Assembly (NCBI GenBank): GCA_965261185.1
Contig: CBDHCN010000002.1
Coordinates: 2,878,093-2,942,092 of the forward strand
Source: Candidatus Aldehydirespiratoraceae bacterium
GTDB lineage: Bacteria > Actinomycetota > Acidimicrobiia > Acidimicrobiales > Aldehydirespiratoraceae
DNA: 64,000 nt
Reading direction: 5' to 3'
Shown here: positions 10,853 to 19,889 of the stretch, piece after piece
How positions within the stretch are numbered: the first letter of the stretch is position 1
How the letters are laid out: each line of letters begins with the position of its first letter
The notes under the pieces: generated by a model
What the model was told of the DNA's origin: nothing
Database searches by the model: none
Seen by the model: only the letters and a program-made list of their open reading frames with translations
Translations under genes and position numbers: made by a program

Positions 10853-11558
10853 GGCGTCAACCGTGGTCGTGTGGCGGCAAGACAATCGTAACAGCCGCTC
10901 CCAGTCGATTCTCGCGAATTACGTCATACCGGTGCCGGCCGCCTGCACTGCATCGCCGGGTGATTCTCAGCTAGGCGGGTCAACCCACGGATTAGGTGGC
11001 CCTTGGGGAACTAACCGTAGATGGACCGGGCTGGGCGCACCCGTCGACGCGCCCAGCCCTGAGTTGTCTGCACCAGCAGCGTCACTCCAGACCTTCCCCG
11101 CCGAGTGTCAATGGAGCGGAGGTGACCGGCGCGGGCTACACATTGGTCGAGATGGTCGCGTCGGCATCTCAGACGCGTCGAGGTTCAGGTAACGCTGATA
11201 GCCGTACCCCGTCGTAGCCGTCAGCGCCGCTTACCGTCAACACATGCCAGGACTCCCGCGGCGCAGGCAGGTAACAGGTGGTTGCCTGAACTAACAAACC
11301 AACTGTGAATCAGGTTCTGCTCAGGTACTTGCTTGGTGTAGTTGATTGGCCGTCTCTGCGATGGGAGGTCTTGCGGGTTGTGGCCGTATCGGCGGTGCTG
11401 GCGATAGGGTTGGTCGTTGATTGGCGCGCGAGACCCAAGCGGGCAGCCTCGGCGGATCCACCCGCGTCGACAGACGAGTGGGCGATCTGATTCACCTGCC
11501 GGGAGGCCAAGCTGATGGCGAAGCAGAGATTGTGAGGCTTGCGCGGTGAGCGGTTCGT

Positions 11559-12725
11559 TCAGGCAGTCCAGTTGGTGCGGCGGGTCTCGTAGAGAGCGAT
11601 TGCGGTTGCGATTGCTACGTTGAGCGAGCCGACTTTGCCGAGTTGGGGAATGAAGGCGACGTTGTCGCAGACGGCGAGCGTCGCTGGTGTGATCCCTCGA
11701 TCCTCATGGCCGATCACCAAAGCGATGTCGCCTGCTAGATCGGTGTCGTGCAACGGCAGAGCATCGCTGGTGAGTTCGACCGCCACCACGCGATAGCCGT
11801 TGGCTCGTGCCGCGGTTACTGCCGCGGGACCCGAATCGATCTCCGTCCAACTTAGATATCGGGCGCTTCCGAGCGCCGTTTTGTCGACCTTGTCGTGGTC
11901 CGGGGCAGTGTCCGAGGCGATCCACAGGTGATCTACTCTCTGTGCAGCAGCCGTGCGAACAATCGACCCGACATTGAATGGGTTGGCTACGCCGTCGAGG
12001 ATCAAGGCGACGCGGCCGGTGGTGCGCTGGCGCCATGACCGGTGAAGCCGTTTCATGCCAGTGCCATCGAGTTGTGTCACTAGTTCCTCCCGTGGGTTGA
12101 CTTCGAGTATGCGATAACCCGAGCGACTGACCAACCGAATTGTTGGGAATCCTTGGTCTATCAGCCAACGATTCAAAGAGTCGCTGCCCAGATGCTTTTG
12201 CACAACAAGATGAGCTTGACCGTCGGGGTTCAAGCGGCTGAGCCAACTCTCAAGCAGTTGATGCAACGCCGGTTTGCCGATCCGAATCGGCGGGTTGGAC
12301 AAGATTCGATCAAAGCGAACACCCGCTGGGACCTCGGCGGGTGACGCCACGGTGATGCGGTCAGCAGCGCCTATTGCTCGGGCATTGATCTCGGTCAGGG
12401 TCCGGGCCCGTGAGTTGGTGTCTATGGCCCATATTCGCCCGTCGCCGGTTCGCAACGCCGTGACGCAGGCAATCGGACCCCAACCGCAGCCAATGTCGAG
12501 TGTTACCGCGTTGTCGTCGACCGGAGGAGCTTCTGTCAACAGTAATTTGGTGCCAGGGTCGAGCCGGTCCTGCGAAAACACTCCGCGGTCCGATGTGAGG
12601 GTCACAGACACGTCAAAGAGGTTGATCTCTACTGGCGTAGGTTTCGATGCCGCCGTCGGCTCCTGATCAAAATAGTGCGCGGTCCCCACAGCTTCGACCG
12701 TACTCGGCGGCGCACTCGCAACCAC
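11559..12725 (-). CDS. fused RNA methyltransferase: RsmC/MTS-type class I SAM MTase plus SpoU/TrmH 2'-O-methyltransferase
   Basis: The N-terminal half has LTSDRGVFSQDRLDPGTKLLL, LDIGCGWGPIA and SNPPIRIGK. The C-terminal half has LILDGVANPFNVGSIVRTAAA, LVIGHEDRGIT and GKVGSLNVAIATAIALYE (SPOUT knot motifs). Confidence 0.8.
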   Translation of the reverse strand: MVASAPPSTVEAVGTAHYFDQEPTAASKPTPVEINLFDVSVTLTSDRGVFSQDRLDPGTKLLLTEAPPVDDNAVTLDIGCGWGPIACVTALRTGDGRIWAIDTNSRARTLTEINARAIGAADRITVASPAEVPAGVRFDRILSNPPIRIGKPALHQLLESWLSRLNPDGQAHLVVQKHLGSDSLNRWLIDQGFPTIRLVSRSGYRILEVNPREELVTQLDGTGMKRLHRSWRQRTTGRVALILDGVANPFNVGSIVRTAAAQRVDHLWIASDTAPDHDKVDKTALGSARYLSWTEIDSGPAAVTAARANGYRVVAVELTSDALPLHDTDLAGDIALVIGHEDRGITPATLAVCDNVAFIPQLGKVGSLNVAIATAIALYETRRTNWTA

Positions 12726-12775
12726 GGTCTTGAGTTCCGAGTTTGTGGGCTGAATCCGCCCGCTAACCTGAGCTA

Positions 12776-13378
12776 GTGGCTAGTTACGACATTCGTGTCA
12801 TTGGAGACCCTGTCCTGCGCCAAAAAGCGCGTCAGGTCAACGACATTGATGGCGCGCTGGTGCGTCTCGTAGACGACATGATCGAAACCATGTATGAGGC
12901 ACCAGGGATTGGGCTTGCTGCCCCGCAGGTTGGGGTGCAGAAGCGGTTGTTTGTTTGGGACATGGGCGAAGGACCTCGCGTGATCGTCAACCCTGAAATT
13001 GTTGAAACCGACGGCGAATGGCTCTATGACGAGGGTTGCCTCTCGGTTCCGGGTTTGACCTGGGAAATAGTTCGCCCAAAAACAGTCCATCTGATTGGAC
13101 GTGATCTCGACGGCAACGAAATGTCCCTTGAGGTAGACGAACTCGAGGCCCGCCTGTTTCAACACGAAATCGACCACCTCGACGGCACCTTGCTGATCGA
13201 GCGACTCGACTCCGACACTCGCAAAACCGCGCTGAAGGCAATCCGCGACCTGCAAATGGCCGAGGCCATGCCCACATCGGCAAGCACTGGATCGGCAAGC
13301 ACTGGATCGGCAAGCACCGGATCGGCAAGCACCGGACCACCGAGTAACCGTGCCGGCGAAGGTCTAAGGCTGCCGTGA
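12776..13378 (+). CDS. def: peptide deformylase with repeat-containing C-terminal tail
   Basis: GIGLAAPQVG, EGCLSVPG and QHEIDHLDG motifs are present. The tail reads SASTG x4. Confidence 0.95.
   Translation: MASYDIRVIGDPVLRQKARQVNDIDGALVRLVDDMIETMYEAPGIGLAAPQVGVQKRLFVWDMGEGPRVIVNPEIVETDGEWLYDEGCLSVPGLTWEIVRPKTVHLIGRDLDGNEMSLEVDELEARLFQHEIDHLDGTLLIERLDSDTRKTALKAIRDLQMAEAMPTSASTGSASTGSASTGSASTGPPSNRAGEGLRLP
13277..13336. repeat. 15-bp tandem repeat x4 inside the def 3' end
   Basis: tcggcaagcactgga occurs twice, followed by tcggcaagcaccgga twice. Together they encode (SASTG)4. Confidence 0.9.
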
Positions 13379-14286
13379 CCATTCCGCCACCGGCGGAGGT
13401 TCAGCGCATTGTCTATCTCGGCACGCCCGCCACCGCGGTGCCGCCCTTGCGTGCACTTTGTGACGCTGGTTACGAGATCGCATTGGTCGTGTCACGCCCC
13501 GACACCCGACGGGGACGAGGCGTGTCCTTCCAGCCGAGTCCGGTGAAAGCTGCTGCCCTTGATCTTGGTTTGGACGTAAGCGACGATCTCGAAGACTTGG
13601 CTGGAGTCACCGCCGGTCTCGGCGTAGTGGTCGCTTACGGTGAAATCATCCCGCCTACGGCCCTCGAACAGCTGTCGATGGTCAATCTTCATTTCTCGCT
13701 GTTGCCGCGTTGGCGCGGGGCTGCACCAGTGGAGCGGGCAATCCTTGCCGGCGATGAAGTGACCGGAGTGTGTTTAATGGCGGTTTCCGAGGGTCTCGAC
13801 ACCGGAGCCGTTTATCGACGAGCCGAAACGCCAATCGACCCCGAAGAAGAATGCGGCGCATTGAGAGCGCGGCTGGTAACGCTTGGCACTGAAGTGTTGA
13901 TCGACGCGCTTGCGCAGGGGCTTGGTCCGCCACAGCCGCAACTTGGTGAACCGGTCTACGCTGCCAAGATCACCTCGGCGGATCGTCATATCGACTGGTC
14001 ACAACCGGCGGTCCAGATTCACCGGCAAGTGCGAGTCGGAGGCGCTTGGACAACCTTTCGCAACCAACATTTCAAGATCTGGCGTACCGCTGTAGCTGGT
14101 TCTCCCGATGCTCCTGTTGCTGAAGCAACGCCTGCCGCTGTGCCGGGATCGATCAGCGGTGTGTCGGTTGCTACTGGCGAGGGCCGAATCGATTTGCTTG
14201 AAGTGCAAGCGCAAGGCCGAGCACGCCAAGTTGCATTCGCCTGGTGCAACGGTGCCCGGCTAACGCCCGAAGATCGATTTGTCTGA
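13375..14286 (+). CDS. fmt: methionyl-tRNA formyltransferase
   Basis: 303 aa with VVSRPDTRRGRG, NLHFSLLPRWRGAAPVERAI. The start overlaps the def stop. Confidence 0.95.
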   Translation: MTIPPPAEVQRIVYLGTPATAVPPLRALCDAGYEIALVVSRPDTRRGRGVSFQPSPVKAAALDLGLDVSDDLEDLAGVTAGLGVVVAYGEIIPPTALEQLSMVNLHFSLLPRWRGAAPVERAILAGDEVTGVCLMAVSEGLDTGAVYRRAETPIDPEEECGALRARLVTLGTEVLIDALAQGLGPPQPQLGEPVYAAKITSADRHIDWSQPAVQIHRQVRVGGAWTTFRNQHFKIWRTAVAGSPDAPVAEATPAAVPGSISGVSVATGEGRIDLLEVQAQGRARQVAFAWCNGARLTPEDRFV

Positions 14287-14291
14287 ATCCG

Positions 14292-15416
14292 ATGACCGCA
14301 GATGTCCGCCGGATTGCTATCGATGTCGTAGTTCGCATCGAATCTGACGGTGCTTACGCCAACGTGCTGTTGCCAAAGGTGCTCGCCGAGGTCGACTTGG
14401 ACGCCCGCGACAAGGGCTTCGTGACCGAGTTGGTTTATGGGTCCACTCGACGCAAACGAGCACTTGATCATGTTGTCGACCGGTTCTTGGTTCAGGATCC
14501 GCCACCGACAGCGCGTGCCGCGCTTCGGCTGGGCGCCCATCAACTAATTGAGATGGGTACCCCGCCCCACGCTGCGGTGTCGGCCACAGTGGAGGCGACA
14601 CCCAAGAGGTTCCGCGGCCTTGTCAACGCCGTTTTGCGAAAGGTTGCGACAGCGCATTCGGCGGGTATCGACTATCCGAACGAAGCGGTGGCGCTCAGCT
14701 ATCCAGACTGGATGGTTGCGCGTCTGATTGAGGATCTCGGCAGCCAGGAGGCCACCGATGCTTTAACGGCGATGAACCTCCCGGCACGACGGCAACGTCG
14801 CGAAGACGGCTACGTCCAGGACCGAAGTTCCCAGCAAGTCGCAACTCTGGTACCGGCCGCGCCGGGTGATCTGGTGTTGGACCTGTGTGCTGCTCCAGGC
14901 GGGAAATCGACTGAAATCGCCAGCCGGGGTGCCGCTGTGCTTGCCGCAGATCTTCGGCTCGCTCGGGCTGGGCTGATCGTTCAAAACGCCGAAAGGCTGG
15001 GCTGTCGCCCCCGACTCGAACCGAATGGGGTCGCTGTCGTAGTAGCTGATGGCACTGCGCCTCCGTTTCCAAGCCGCACGTTCGACGCGGTTCTGGTTGA
15101 CGCTCCGTGCTCGGGTTTGGGATCTCTGCGGCGTCGTCCAGACGCACGTTGGCGCATCAAACCCAGCGACATTGTCAATCTGGCGACCCTACAGAAGCAA
15201 CTGTTGACGAGCGCTGCGGACCTCGTCGTACCAGGCGGGACACTCGTCTACAGCGTCTGTACTCTCACTGCGGCCGAAACCATCAAGGTGCTTGAGGCGA
15301 CCGGCACCGATCTCAGCGCGCTTGGTTTCAAACAAGTAACAAGCGATCTTTCTCTCCCGACAACCGACCAGGACGGCATGTTCTTTTCGGTCTGGACTCG
15401 CAGTCCGGGCTCGTAG
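14292..15416 (+). CDS. rsmB: 16S rRNA (cytosine-C5)-methyltransferase RsmB/Sun family
   Basis: It has a NusB-like N-terminus and MTase motifs DLCAAPGGKS and DAPCSGLGSLRRRPD. ATG 14292 is preferred over the listed 14244, which overlaps fmt. Confidence 0.88.
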   Translation: MTADVRRIAIDVVVRIESDGAYANVLLPKVLAEVDLDARDKGFVTELVYGSTRRKRALDHVVDRFLVQDPPPTARAALRLGAHQLIEMGTPPHAAVSATVEATPKRFRGLVNAVLRKVATAHSAGIDYPNEAVALSYPDWMVARLIEDLGSQEATDALTAMNLPARRQRREDGYVQDRSSQQVATLVPAAPGDLVLDLCAAPGGKSTEIASRGAAVLAADLRLARAGLIVQNAERLGCRPRLEPNGVAVVVADGTAPPFPSRTFDAVLVDAPCSGLGSLRRRPDARWRIKPSDIVNLATLQKQLLTSAADLVVPGGTLVYSVCTLTAAETIKVLEATGTDLSALGFKQVTSDLSLPTTDQDGMFFSVWTRSPGS

Positions 15417-15444
15417 CGCAACCAGTGCGTATATCGTCGTTGCC

Positions 15445-15966
15445 ATGGCTCAACACCACCATCACGAAGAACACGACTCGGCTGCTGCGCTCCTATGCGC
15501 GAAGGTTCTAACCGTCTCCGACGGCGTGGTACACGGCACCCGCCAAGACAAGTCCGGAGAAGCTCTCGAGTCTCACCTGACCGGCGCTGGATGGACGGTC
15601 GTGGAGCGGATTGTGAGCGAAGACGGAGAGCATCCGGTGGCCGAGACTCTGACACGCCTCGCCGAAGGCTTCCACGGTCTGATCGTCACCACCGGAGGCA
15701 CGGGTTTCGGTCCCCGTGACCGCACACCTGAAGGGACCAGAGCAGTCATCGACCGTGAGGCACCGGGGTTGGCTGAGGCCATGCGATTGGTGAATCCCCT
15801 CGGGCGCCTGAGCCGCGGCGTGGCGGGGACACTCAACGCAAGCTTGATCCTCAACACGCCAGGATCATCGAAGGGCTGTGTCGAAACCGTCGACGCCGTT
15901 CTCGACGTACTCCCTCATGCGGTACGACTCTTGGTCAACAACACCGACCCCCACCCTCACCACTAG
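15445..15966 (+). CDS. MoaB/MogA-family molybdenum cofactor biosynthesis protein
   Basis: VLTVSDG...QDKSGEAL and LIVTTGGTGFGPRDRTPE are present. The termini are His-rich (MAQHHHHEEH, TDPHPHH). Confidence 0.8.
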   Translation: MAQHHHHEEHDSAAALLCAKVLTVSDGVVHGTRQDKSGEALESHLTGAGWTVVERIVSEDGEHPVAETLTRLAEGFHGLIVTTGGTGFGPRDRTPEGTRAVIDREAPGLAEAMRLVNPLGRLSRGVAGTLNASLILNTPGSSKGCVETVDAVLDVLPHAVRLLVNNTDPHPHH

Positions 15967-15978
15967 TCGGTCGCTCGC

Positions 15979-16995
15979 ATGAACCAAGACGAGCACTATA
16001 TGGGGTTGGCGATCAAGGCGGCCTGCAATGCTCGGCATCGGTCGTCGCCGAACCCGTGGGTCGGGGCTGTGCTGGTCGGTGCTGATGGCAGCGTCGTGTC
16101 GGGCTCCACGCAAGTCTATGGAGGAGCCCACGCCGAGATGGTGGCCCTGAACGGGGCGACCAATACTCAAGGTGCCGCGCTCTACACAACGCTTGAACCC
16201 TGCAATCACGTCGGACGCACTGGCGCTTGTACTGAAGCGCTGATTCGAGCGGGAGTCTCGCGGGTTGTCGCCGCGATCCAGGACCCGGATCCGTTGGTTG
16301 CCGGCAGTGGGATTGAGCGTCTTCGTCAAGCAGAGATCGATGTCACCGTGGGTGTGTGTGCCGAAGAAGTCGAGCAGCAACTGCGTCCCTACCTTCACCA
16401 TCGTCGCACTGGCCGACCCTGGGTGGTGCTCAAGCTCGCAGCAACGTTCGATGGTCGTGTAGCCGCACCTGACGCAACCTCACAGTGGATCACCGGAACG
16501 CAGGCACGGCTTGACGTTCACCGGTTGAGAGCAATTTCAGACGCCATTGTTGTGGGTGCGGGCACCGTACGTGCCGACGACCCGTCACTGACCGTGCGCC
16601 ACTGGCCCGGCCATGATCAAACAGTCGACCCCAAAGAGGTCAGCGATCCTCGCCGAGTCGTTCTCGGTTCGGTGCAGGCCACCGCCAAGGTGAACCCCTG
16701 CCTCGAATGGGACCGAGAGCTTGACGAACTACTTGAACATCTCGGCGACTCCGGAGTCGTGCAATTGCTGGTCGAAGGTGGTCCGACCGTGGCCCACTCC
16801 TTCCACAGCGCAAGACTGGTAGACCAATATGTTCTCTATCTGGCACCGGCGTTCATGGGCGGAGATGACGGTGCTCCGCTGTTCAGCGGTCCCGGCACGG
16901 TGACCATCAGCGAAATCTGGCGCGGAAAAATAGAGCAAGTCCGAGAACTGGGCGACGATGTACGCATCGATGTAGTGAAATTCACCGCTAGTTGA
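15979..16995 (+). CDS. ribD: bifunctional riboflavin biosynthesis deaminase/reductase
   Basis: The deaminase zinc motifs HAEMVAL and TLEPCNHVGRTGACT are present. A reductase half follows (KLAATFDGRVA). Confidence 0.93.
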   Translation: MNQDEHYMGLAIKAACNARHRSSPNPWVGAVLVGADGSVVSGSTQVYGGAHAEMVALNGATNTQGAALYTTLEPCNHVGRTGACTEALIRAGVSRVVAAIQDPDPLVAGSGIERLRQAEIDVTVGVCAEEVEQQLRPYLHHRRTGRPWVVLKLAATFDGRVAAPDATSQWITGTQARLDVHRLRAISDAIVVGAGTVRADDPSLTVRHWPGHDQTVDPKEVSDPRRVVLGSVQATAKVNPCLEWDRELDELLEHLGDSGVVQLLVEGGPTVAHSFHSARLVDQYVLYLAPAFMGGDDGAPLFSGPGTVTISEIWRGKIEQVRELGDDVRIDVVKFTAS

Positions 16996-17021
16996 ACACG
17001 TGCGCCGCTAGCCTCATCGCG

Positions 17022-17897
17022 GTGTTGAAGCTGGTTCTTCCCAAAGGATCGCTGGAGAAAGCGACGCTGGAGCTCTTCGAAGCTGCTGATTTGAGCGTGG
17101 AGCGCCCTTCGGCTGTCGCCTACAAGGGGTCGATTGCTGACCCGCGTATCGAATCGGTTCGGATCCTGCGTCCGCAGGAGATCCCGGGATACGTGGCAGA
17201 GGGGCTATTCGATCTCGGGATCACCGGTCGAGATTGGATTGAAGAGACCAGTAGCAACGTAGCAAGCCTTGGAGAGCTCAAGTACTCCAAAGTGACTTCG
17301 CGTCCGATACAGATTGTGTTGGCTGTTCCAGAGGATTCACCCTGGCACTCGGTCTCAGATCTTCCCGATGGAGTAAGAGTGTCGACGGAGTATCTCGAAA
17401 TTACCCGACGGTATTTCAAGAATGCCGGCGTTGAGGCCGATGTGCGTCTCAGTTACGGAGCCACCGAAGCGAAGGTCCCCGACATTGTTGATCTGGTTGT
17501 CGACATCACTGAGACGGGACGGGCGTTACGCGCCGCAGGGTTGCGCATCATCGACACGCTGTGCACGTCCTATACCGAACTGATTGCTAATCCGGTGTCG
17601 TTCGCTGACCCGGAAAAAGCGCACGCTATGCGTCAGATCAACACACTGCTGCAGGGCGTGCTCGAGGCGCGGGGCAAAGTACTGGTGAAGATGAACGTGC
17701 CGACAGAGCGCCTTGATGAAGTGATTGAGCTTCTGCCCTCTATGAAGGCCCCTACGGTCAACGAACTGTTTCGAGGCGCTGGATATGCGGTTGAGACCGT
17801 TGTGTCCAAGTCTGAGATCAACATCTTGATTCCAGCACTACGCGATCATGGGGCCAGCGACATCGTTGAACTGCCGATCTCCAAGATCGTTGCGTGA
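17022..17897 (+). CDS. hisG: ATP phosphoribosyltransferase, long form
   Basis: LKLVLPKGSLEKATLELF, RPQEIPGYVAEGLFDLGITGRDWI and the C-terminal regulatory domain are present. GTG 17022 is a plausible start; the listed TTG 16992 overlaps the ribD stop. Confidence 0.9.
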   Translation: MLKLVLPKGSLEKATLELFEAADLSVERPSAVAYKGSIADPRIESVRILRPQEIPGYVAEGLFDLGITGRDWIEETSSNVASLGELKYSKVTSRPIQIVLAVPEDSPWHSVSDLPDGVRVSTEYLEITRRYFKNAGVEADVRLSYGATEAKVPDIVDLVVDITETGRALRAAGLRIIDTLCTSYTELIANPVSFADPEKAHAMRQINTLLQGVLEARGKVLVKMNVPTERLDEVIELLPSMKAPTVNELFRGAGYAVETVVSKSEINILIPALRDHGASDIVELPISKIVA

Positions 17898-17910
17898 AGC
17901 CGAACAAGTC

Positions 17911-18375
17911 TCAGCCACCACTGGCGTGAGCCTGGCCCTTGATCTGCACAAAAGCCAGACGGATCTGGTCGAGAGCATGCGACACGGCAGGTTCGTCCTC
18001 CCCGAGCCGGCCCGCCAGCCCGTTGACGATGGCGCTCAGGGCGTCAATGGCTACGGTGGCCTCAGCAAAGTCGGGCGTCTGCGCGGAGAGATGTAGTGCC
18101 GCTAGTTCGTACAGACCCATTGCATGGTTGGCCACGATGTTGGCGGCAGGCGTGCTAACAAGCCGTTCGCGTGCGATGGCCATTTCTTTGACCATTTCTT
18201 CGGCTCCTGCCCGCTCCTCGGGACTCAAGTCGTTGAGACTCATTCCCTCCGGCAACGCGGCCGCGATCTCATCGTCAAGGCTGTCATCGTGTGTCGGTCC
18301 GGCGGTGTCGCCTAGATCCGATACTGAGGGGCGATCTACGGGGTGTTCCCCGGCGGGTGTCCACAAAGAACTCAT
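17911..18375 (-). CDS. DUF1844-like acidic protein
   Basis: 154 aa with ...ANIVANHAMGLYELAALHL... It sits divergent from infC, as seen in other actinobacteria. Confidence 0.7.
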   Translation of the reverse strand: MSSLWTPAGEHPVDRPSVSDLGDTAGPTHDDSLDDEIAAALPEGMSLNDLSPEERAGAEEMVKEMAIARERLVSTPAANIVANHAMGLYELAALHLSAQTPDFAEATVAIDALSAIVNGLAGRLGEDEPAVSHALDQIRLAFVQIKGQAHASGG

Positions 18376-18583
18376 GCTGATACGCTATCGCTGACAATTC
18401 GAACACCGAAGTGGGGGAATCTCTCGAGATGCCTCCCACCTGGCCACAAGTCGCCTTCTTCGGCGGTCACAGTGCGTCCAGGTCGACGAATCGGCAACGC
18501 TCTAGCTGAGTGTGATCGTGGATGTCGACATTCCGGTATCCACTACACGACGGAGGTTTCGTGCTCACCAGGAGTCCAGGGCA

Positions 18584-19198
18584 ATAGCACCGCCAAACAA
18601 CGAACCAAGGATCAACGAACGGATCCGCGCCCGAGAAGTCCGACTTGTCGGGCAGGACGGCGAGCAGATCGGCATCACTTCACTATCCGAAGCGCGCAAC
18701 ATCGCTCAAGCTGCAGATCTCGACCTAGTTGAGGTAGCTGAGCAAGCCAATCCTCCGGTCTGTCGGATCATGGATTACGGCAAGTGGCGCTACGAGGCCG
18801 ACCAGCGGGCTAAAGAATCGAAAAAGAAGTCTTCCAACCTCACGGTCAAGGAGATGAAGTACCGTCCCAAAATCGGGCCCGGTGACTTCGACACCAAGAC
18901 CCGCAAGGTGGTTGAGTTTCTCGGCGGAGGCCACAAGGTCAAAGTCACGATCATGTTCCGAGGTCGCGAGATGCAACACCCCGAGCTCGGCCGCCAGATC
19001 CTAGATCGGGTGTCTGAGACCGTGGCCCATGTCGGCAAGGTTGAGTTTCATCCCCGCCAGGATGGTCGCAACATGGTGATGGTGTTGGCCCCAGACAAGC
19101 GAGCGCAAGCTCGTCACGAAAAACAAATGCGCAAAGAAGCGGAAGCTACGGTCGTTGGAGCCGAGTCAGAAACCGCTCAGCAAACCACAACCGAGTGA
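18584..19198 (+). CDS. infC: translation initiation factor IF-3 (probable non-canonical ATA start)
   Basis: INERIRAREVRLVGQDGEQIGI, PPVCRIMDYGKWRYE and KVKVTIMFRGRE are present. AGGAG at 18570-18574 lies 9 nt before the in-frame ATA at 18584. The listed GTG 18512 would add an atypical extension. Confidence 0.85.
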   Translation: MAPPNNEPRINERIRAREVRLVGQDGEQIGITSLSEARNIAQAADLDLVEVAEQANPPVCRIMDYGKWRYEADQRAKESKKKSSNLTVKEMKYRPKIGPGDFDTKTRKVVEFLGGGHKVKVTIMFRGREMQHPELGRQILDRVSETVAHVGKVEFHPRQDGRNMVMVLAPDKRAQARHEKQMRKEAEATVVGAESETAQQTTTE

Positions 19199-19255
19199 CC
19201 TTTTTGCGGTAACGCCGCTCAGAGATCCTCCAAATCAAGAGAACCGAGAATCGAT

Positions 19256-19447
19256 ATGCCCAAGATGAAGACGCACAAGGGCGCGCAGGCCCGCTTCAAA
19301 CGCACCGGCTCAGGCAAGCTGAGGCGGCGCAGTCAAAACAAGAACCACATCCTCGAAAAGAAGTCTCCGAAGCGCAAACGTCAGCTTCGCAGGCCGGCTT
19401 CGGTGTCCCCGGCTGACGAGCCGCGCATCCGCGACCTCGGCATCTGA
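19256..19447 (+). CDS. rpmI: 50S ribosomal protein L35
   Basis: [25 protein letters not shown]. Confidence 0.95.
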   Translation: MPKMKTHKGAQARFKRTGSGKLRRRSQNKNHILEKKSPKRKRQLRRPASVSPADEPRIRDLGI

Positions 19448-19491
19448 ACCGCATCTACTGAAGCCGTATCCACTAAGAAAGGGAGTCAACG

Positions 19492-19854
19492 ATGGCAAGA
19501 GCCAAACGCGCCGTACATTCCAAGAAACATCGCCGGGTCGTCCTTGAGCGGGCCAAGGGGCACTACGGCAATCGTTCTCGCAGTTTCAAATCAGCGAACG
19601 AGTCCGTTATGCACGCCGGCAACTATGCGTTCCGTGACAGGCGTGCTCGCAAAGGTCAGTTCCGCAAGCTGTGGATTCAGCGAATAAACGCGGCATGTCG
19701 CGAAAATGGCACCTCCTATAGCCGCTTTATTGCGGGTTTGAAGGCAGCAGAGATAGAGGTTGACCGCAAGATGTTGTCCGAAACCGCGATTCACGATCCT
19801 GCTACGTTCACGGTTCTGGTCGAGACAGCCAACGGAGCACTAGCCGACGCCTGA
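19492..19854 (+). CDS. rplT: 50S ribosomal protein L20
   Basis: MARAKRAVHSKKHRRVVLERAKGHYG...FRKLWIQRINAA. Confidence 0.96.
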   Translation: MARAKRAVHSKKHRRVVLERAKGHYGNRSRSFKSANESVMHAGNYAFRDRRARKGQFRKLWIQRINAACRENGTSYSRFIAGLKAAEIEVDRKMLSETAIHDPATFTVLVETANGALADA

Positions 19855-19889
19855 GTGTTGTTCGGATCGGCTGAGTTGCGCCCGCTTTA

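Noticed and set aside
11305-11490. 61-codon + strand ORF (MNQVLLRYLLGVVDW…)
   Set aside because: It has a GTG start without an SD, no motif, and lies in the decaying intergenic stretch. There is not enough evidence to call it a gene.
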